Assembly: GCA_910587145.1 (NCBI GenBank)
Contig: CAJUMH010000008.1
Coordinates: 8,168 to 72,167, forward strand
Source: an uncultured Ruthenibacterium sp.
GTDB lineage: Bacteria; Bacillota; Clostridia; Oscillospirales; Ruminococcaceae
DNA: 64,000 nt
Reading direction: 5' to 3'
Every line of letters begins with the position of its first letter. The first letter of the stretch is position 1. A program made the position numbers and the translations under genes. This document shows positions 58,912 through 64,000 of the stretch, one piece after another. The notes under the pieces are model-generated. The model was given only the letters and a program-made list of their open reading frames with translations. It ran no database searches and had not been told where the DNA came from.

Positions 58912-60618
58912 TTATAAGGACTGAAAACGGAAGAGCTCTTTGCCTGCGGTTTCTTCGGTAATGGAGATGTCGAACGCGGCGCTCTCGAAATCGGCGTTCA
59001 GCACGGCTTTTTGCCCGGCCGCACGCCAGGTAAGGCAAAGGCTGCTGCCCGCAGTTTGTGCCGCAACGGCCGCCTCCTCGCAGAACACCGCAAACCCGTT
59101 GCGCATGCGCAGCAGCTCCAGCTGCCGCGCCACCACCGGCCGGCCAAGGCGCTGCGCGGCCTCTTCGGCCGTCAGGTTCGTGCGGTTGATCTCCTTATGG
59201 CCGCCCGCGCCCGCGCGGCGCATGGCCTCGTAATCGTTTTTGCCCGCGAACAGATCCAAATACCACACCTGCGGCTTGCCCGGCATAAACAGCTGCACCG
59301 CGCGCGCCAGCAGCATGCGGCGGTCGTCCTCGCCCAAGGCGCTGTAATAAGTGGCATTCACCTGATAGTATACGTTCTTCTGCCCGTGCAGATCCTTCAC
59401 GTATCCGCCGCGCGCCACCACCGTATCGATCAGCCGCCGGATGCTCCCCTCGTCCAGCAGGCCCTTCAGATCCAGCAGCGGGATGCCGTCGTGACAGCCC
59501 AGCATGTTGACGGTGCGGATGCCCTTTTCGGTAATCTCGTCGATCCAGCGCTTTAAATACGTTCCGTTCCTGCGCTCGAAGGCATCGATCAAAAGCCCCG
59601 GCAGGAAGAAATCGTACACCATATACCCCTTATCCGCCAGCAGCGCATACGTTTTTTCCGCGTAACCGGCGTGGATCTCCGGCAAAAGCGTCAAGCCGAG
59701 CGGCGCGGCAATGGCCTGCACCTTGTCCAGTAGCTCCCACGTGCCGGGATCATTCAAAAAGTTGCGCGCACCCACCTCCTTGGGCGCGTAGGCAAAGGCA
59801 TCCAGCCGCACGATGGCCGCGCCGTAATCCGCCAGCGTCTGCAGCGTATTGCGGTAGTAATCCCATACCAGCGGCGAACGGATGTTCAGATCCATCTGCC
59901 CCAAATATTTGCGGCGGCTCTCCAGATAATCCACGGCCTGCGCCTTGCAGTTGTTCCAGCGGCCGAGATCTATCTCGCGCGGGGCTTTGCCCTCGGCCAG
60001 CGCCCCGTTTACAAGCTTTGCCAGCGCCTCGGCCGTGCCGTACTGCAGCGGCATCGCGCGCATCAGATCCTGCGCGTCAACGGGGCTGTAGCGCACCTCC
60101 TGATAAAACGTGTTCCAATACGGCACATCGCGCCCGTCGGGAAAGCGCACCATCAGGATCGGCAGGCCGGGCTTGCGAAAGAACATATCCTTGATGAGCT
60201 CCGCGTCCGGCTGGATGTAGCCGTCTTTTGTGATTGAGCCGTGGCCCTCCCAAAAGCGGTTCCAGTCGATGAAAAAATCACGGTAGGGCGAGGCATCGCC
60301 GTTTTTTAAAATATCCTGAAACTCTTTCGAGAGCACCGACGCGTGGTTGAGGATGAAATCGAGCGCAAGATCGATGCCGAGCGCCTTCAGATCCTCCAGC
60401 GCCTCGGGGCTGGCCAGCGTTTCGGAGAGGCCGTAATCGATCAGCGAAAAGCCGCGGTCCAGATCGGTATTAAAGATGCTGGGCAGGATATAAAACGAGC
60501 GGAACGCATCCCGCAGCTCCGGCCTTTTTAGCAGCCCCACGATATCGGCGAGCGTGCCGCCCACGCTGTCCGGATAGGCGTTCAGCATCACGCCCCACGA
60601 CGCTTTTTTCGCCTCCAT
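58912..60618 (-). CDS. GH13_18 glycoside phosphorylase (sucrose phosphorylase-like), substrate uncertain
   Basis: MLNAYPDS, LDFILNH, QMDLN, RLDAFAY (nucleophile), LPEIH (acid/base), LGCHDGIP, PQVWYLDLFAGKND, KEINR. Confidence 0.88.
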   Translation of the reverse strand: MEAKKASWGVMLNAYPDSVGGTLADIVGLLKRPELRDAFRSFYILPSIFNTDLDRGFSLIDYGLSETLASPEALEDLKALGIDLALDFILNHASVLSKEFQDILKNGDASPYRDFFIDWNRFWEGHGSITKDGYIQPDAELIKDMFFRKPGLPILMVRFPDGRDVPYWNTFYQEVRYSPVDAQDLMRAMPLQYGTAEALAKLVNGALAEGKAPREIDLGRWNNCKAQAVDYLESRRKYLGQMDLNIRSPLVWDYYRNTLQTLADYGAAIVRLDAFAYAPKEVGARNFLNDPGTWELLDKVQAIAAPLGLTLLPEIHAGYAEKTYALLADKGYMVYDFFLPGLLIDAFERRNGTYLKRWIDEITEKGIRTVNMLGCHDGIPLLDLKGLLDEGSIRRLIDTVVARGGYVKDLHGQKNVYYQVNATYYSALGEDDRRMLLARAVQLFMPGKPQVWYLDLFAGKNDYEAMRRAGAGGHKEINRTNLTAEEAAQRLGRPVVARQLELLRMRNGFAVFCEEAAVAAQTAGSSLCLTWRAAGQKAVLNADFESAAFDISITEETAGKELFRFQSL

Positions 60619-60620
60619 GC

Positions 60621-61573
60621 TCACACCCCCTGCGCGTCCATTAAGGCGCGGTATTCCTCGTAGCTCAGCAGCTCACCGCTCTTGGAGACGATCATCTTCG
60701 CCTTATGCGCGCAGCTGTCCAGCTCTTTTTGCTCGATCTCCAGCACCATTGTGGTAAACGCGCTGTCGGTTTTGCCGTCGCGGCCCCGGGCACGGCGATG
60801 CGCGCGCGTTTCCTCCGGCGTGCTGTTCAGCAGAACGGGGATATCCACGCCCCGCAGCAGGTCGCTGTTGCCGTGCGTCCATTCGATCACCAGGACCGAA
60901 ATCTCCGAAAAATCGACCTCATCGTACCAGCGCGCGTCCTCGGTGCGCCCCATGCGCTTGAGCCACAGGCTCTTTTGGCCCGATTTGAACGCCGCAAGAA
61001 TGGCGCTCAGCTCGTCGTAATCCTGCTCGTGCTTTGTGCCAAGATACCCCGCCAGCGCCTTGCGGCCCGCAGCCTGATACACCTGCAGCCACGGCTCGTC
61101 CAGCGCCGCGCTTGGGTCGGCGTCCACCTCGGCCGCCCACAGCCTTTGCAGCGCGCCGCCGTTTTGCTCGGTATAAACGCCCTCCCGCAGCATGCCGCGC
61201 ATGCCCCCCGTGCGAAATACGCGCACACGCTCGGCATCGTTATACTGCGGAATACGGCGGGGTAGTTATCGCCCGAGAGCGTGTACGCGCCCACGCCCAC
61301 GCTGCAAAAATAGTGGCTCAGCAGCGAAGCCGTCTCGGATTTTCCCACGCCCGAGCCGCCGCACACCGCCACAACCGCGCGGCCGGTACCCTCCGCCGCC
61401 TTGGCCGCCAGCGGCACGAGCCGGGGGAAGATGAGGTTTGCCTTGGCAATATGCCCGGCGTTGATCTCCACCTTATCGCCGGGCATATCCCCGTGGGGGA
61501 TGTCCGCCGGAACCTCCGGCGGCTGCCAGTTTTCGATCGATGCCGCCAGCGCGGCCAGTGTCCTTTTTTCCAT
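60621..61573 (-). pseudogene. P-loop kinase (uridine kinase/phosphoribulokinase-like), split by a 1-nt frameshift near 61260
   Basis: Walker A CGGSGVGKS, SGDNYP in the first frame; RRIPQYNDAER...LVIEWTHG...RRARGRD in the second; one added C gives 317 aa. Confidence 0.78.
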
Positions 61574-61611
61574 AGCTGAATCCCCGTCCCCCTGTTTTTT
61601 CGAGATTTTGT

Positions 61612-63072
61612 TTATAAAAGCTGTTCTTTGATGATCTCGGCCATAAACGCGGAAAGCTCTGCAAAATGATCCGTTGCATACACAACGCCGCCGCATGCCG
61701 ATACGTTCATGTTGAACAGATAGCGGCAGAACCATTCCACGCTCACCAGCAGTTCGCCCTCGCGGTGCAGCGCCTCGCAGTACATCGCGGCCATGTTGTC
61801 ATCCACAAGGCAGCCGATCACGCCGCGGGCTGCCTGCACCGTGCGGCCGTCGGCCAGCGTCAGCGTCGCCTCCAGGCCGGCCTCGTCCGTTTCGTACCGT
61901 GCGCCGAACACCCGGGCCAAAAAGCGCAGGCTCACGTACAAATACTCGCCGCGCACGATCTGCCCGCCGTTCAGGCCGTGGTATTTCAGCTTTTGCCACA
62001 GCACAGGCCGCACGGGCATTTCCACCGCGGCGTTGCCGAACCACGCCTTCCGGCTTTGATCCGTGCAGGCCAGCGCAAAGCTGTCGCCCACGGGGTCGCA
62101 CACTGTTTTTTCCCTAATCAGCGAGCCGTCCGGCGCGCGGCGCACACCGGAGAACAGATAGTTCCAGCAATAAAACGCCTCATCCAGCGTTTGCCCGTGA
62201 TCGCGGTTTTTGATATCCAGATAGACAAGATCGGCCTTTTTGCCCTTGTAGAACGCGAAATTATGCTCGCCCTCGATGTGGATCTGCGGGATGGGGTCGC
62301 ACTCGTTGATCTTCATCCAATAAAAGCGGGCATACTTGTTGACGGTGGCCTCGTCGTAGCGGCCTCCCGGGGGCAGGCCGTTCTTTTCTGGGCGGGACTG
62401 CCAGATCGCCATCGGGCCGCCCAGATTTTTGATCCTGCCGTTTTCGTCAAACAGCAGCTGCGGCTTTGTGGGGCCGCCGGAGCCCGCCGCGCCCGCAAGC
62501 AGCTGGCCCCTGTAGCGGGCGAACATACTCGTCATCAGGTTGCCCATAGACATGCCCTGCATGAACATGCGGCCGGTGTCGATGTTGTATTTTTCCTGCA
62601 TATGGACGATGAGCGCCTCCAGGAACTTCATGTCATGATTGTCCTGCCAGCCCTTGGGCGCAGGCTGTACGGGCAGGTCGGGCGCGTCGTTTGGATCCCA
62701 GTTGTCAAAAACGCCCTCCACCGTCCACATCCGTTTGGAGTGCGCGTCCGGGAACACGCAGATAAAGCCGTCCCGGTCGGCCGCGAGCGTCTACGAGGTA
62801 TAGATGGCGTGGCCCCAGCCTGTCATCAGACCGCCGTGGTTGCCCACCACCAGCGGCACGGGCTTAGTGCCGTCGTAGCCTGCGGGAACATATTCGTACC
62901 AGCGGTCTTCCACGCCGTCCGCCAATACACCCGCTGCCTCCCGCAGGCGCTCGGGGTAGACTTGCGAGTTGTTGCCGTTTTCGTTCACCACGATATCGCT
63001 GCCTTTGATGGCCTCCGGCAGATATTCGCGGTTGGCGTCGTCCGGCGTACCCGCGCGCAGTTTGATCTTCAT
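61612..63072 (-). pseudogene. PHB-depolymerase/LpqC-like esterase with C-terminal copper-amine-oxidase-N-like domain, interrupted by in-frame TAG at 62791-62793
   Basis: MKIKLRAG...YVPAGYDGTKPVPLVVGNHGG...AIYTS*TLAADRDGFICVFP...QGMSMGN (GxSxG)...YLYVSLRFLARVFGA; both ORF halves are in the same frame. Confidence 0.8.
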
Positions 63073-63088
63073 AGATTTCCCTCCCTTG

Positions 63089-63856
63089 TTATTCGGCCGT
63101 GGCCCACCGCACGGCGGCGGGCAGGCTGCACTGGCACGCGCCCAGATCCGCACCCGGCTCCAGCTGCGCCGTCTGGGCGGCGGCGCCCAGCAGCCCGGCC
63201 AGACAGCGGTTTTCTTCCTCCACGCCGGAGCCCTGCTCCCACGCGAAGAAAAATTTGCCACGGGCGGGCTTTTGGGCCAACGCGTACAGGTCGTGCCCGC
63301 TGCCGGCAAAGGCGTTCAAATCGCCGAACACGGCCTTCAGCGAGGCTTCGGTGTGGAAAATGCCGGTTTCCTGCCCGGCGAGGGCTCTGCGGCAGACAGC
63401 CTCCAGATCCAGCACGCCGTTCAGCGCGATGGCTTTGGAGAAGGTTTCCGGATGCTTCAGCGCCATTTTTACCGCGCCATAGGCGCCCGTACCCGCGCCG
63501 CCGATCCAGTTTTGCGCGGGATCCTCGGAAATGGGCAGATTGTTGCGGCAGATGCCGGGCAGCTCGGTGTTCATAAATTCCTCGTACCGCGGACCGTACC
63601 GCATGGAGGTGCAAAGGCTGTGGTGCTGGTCCGGCGCGATGATAAAGATACCGTACCGCGCGGCGCAGGCCTCGGCGGGCGTGGAGAGCCAGTCCGACGC
63701 CGCGCCGCCCTCGGTGTGCAGCAGCCACAGCACCGGGTATTTTTTCTCGTGCGCCGTATCCTTCAGCGCCAGCAGGTTCATCTCCGGCAAAAAAACACGC
63801 GCGGAAAACGAACCGCAGGTAATGACAGACAGCGCATTCATTTCAATTTGTGCCAT
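63089..63856 (-). CDS. Esterase-family alpha/beta hydrolase homologue lacking the catalytic serine
   Basis: YPVLWLLH, GPRYEEFMNTELP; nucleophile elbow reads GAGTGAYGA instead of GxSMGGYGA; no C-terminal HxW. Confidence 0.75.
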   Translation of the reverse strand: MAQIEMNALSVITCGSFSARVFLPEMNLLALKDTAHEKKYPVLWLLHTEGGAASDWLSTPAEACAARYGIFIIAPDQHHSLCTSMRYGPRYEEFMNTELPGICRNNLPISEDPAQNWIGGAGTGAYGAVKMALKHPETFSKAIALNGVLDLEAVCRRALAGQETGIFHTEASLKAVFGDLNAFAGSGHDLYALAQKPARGKFFFAWEQGSGVEEENRCLAGLLGAAAQTAQLEPGADLGACQCSLPAAVRWATAE

Positions 63857-63868
63857 GTTCTCCCCTCC

Positions 63869-64000
63869 TTACTCGCTGGCCCGGACAAACGTCTCTTTGA
63901 TCAGGCCCTTGGCAACCAGCCAATCCAGATATTTTTTGACGTGCTTATCGCAATATTCCCAGTTGTGATAGCCGTGATCGACCACGCGGTACGCGTCGAT
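63869..64000 (-). CDS. C-terminal end of an esterase-family protein (partial, starts beyond the window)
   Basis: Manual translation IDAYRVVDHGYHNWEYCDKHVKKYLDWLVAKGLIKETFVRASE*; GxHxW motif as in the esterase at 49345. Confidence 0.7.
   Translation of the reverse strand: MDAYRVVDHGYHNWEYCDKHVKKYLDWLVAKGLIKETFVRASE

Noticed and set aside
62791-62793. Genome-wide amber recoding or pyrrolysine
   Set aside because: TAG ends several normal genes in the window, the context fits Trp, and no pyl genes are visible. Kept only as a remote alternative.
50440-63576. Long ORFs 50440-52614 (+), 53808-55412 (-), 57262-58896 (-) and 61666-63576 (+)
   Set aside because: Each lies antisense to a well-supported gene and has no recognisable domain.

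Overview
GC-rich chromosomal window from a Clostridia-type gut anaerobe (Oscillospiraceae/Ruminococcaceae-like; taxonomy is inferred from gene content and promoter style). No rRNA, tRNA, CRISPR array, integrase or transposase was recognised. Left to right it holds: (1) a sugar ABC / Fe-ADH / serine hydrolase / SIS-domain / GntR catabolic locus; (2) a pepF-oppABCDF peptide uptake operon; (3) TetR-ABC exporter, MarR, DegV, DUF4867-transaldolase; (4) a housekeeping and cell-wall block (rlmH, yycJ-like MBL, murA, M23 peptidase, RluA, histidine phosphatase, gdhA, RNase P RNA rnpB, amidase, class A PBP, BofC-like protein, glyoxalase I); (5) a stand-alone FkbH-MaoC-SDR-GNAT-like operon with no ACP, PKS or polysaccharide genes, followed by kduI-kduD; (6) MATE-MarR; (7) an esterase + degenerate PfkB-GH32 fusion + LacI + sugar ABC locus; (8) an operon of esterases (one lacking the catalytic Ser, one split by an in-frame amber codon), a P-loop kinase (frameshifted) and a GH13_18 phosphorylase with an atypical acceptor loop. 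The best candidates for undescribed biology are the FkbH/MaoC/SDR/GNAT operon (a possible lactyl/glyceryl-transfer system) and the esterase-kinase-GH13_18 operon. Also notable are a 12 x 16-bp tandem repeat inside a predicted 5' leader and a probable ATC start codon for the class A PBP. All family assignments come from motif recognition by eye, not from database searches.
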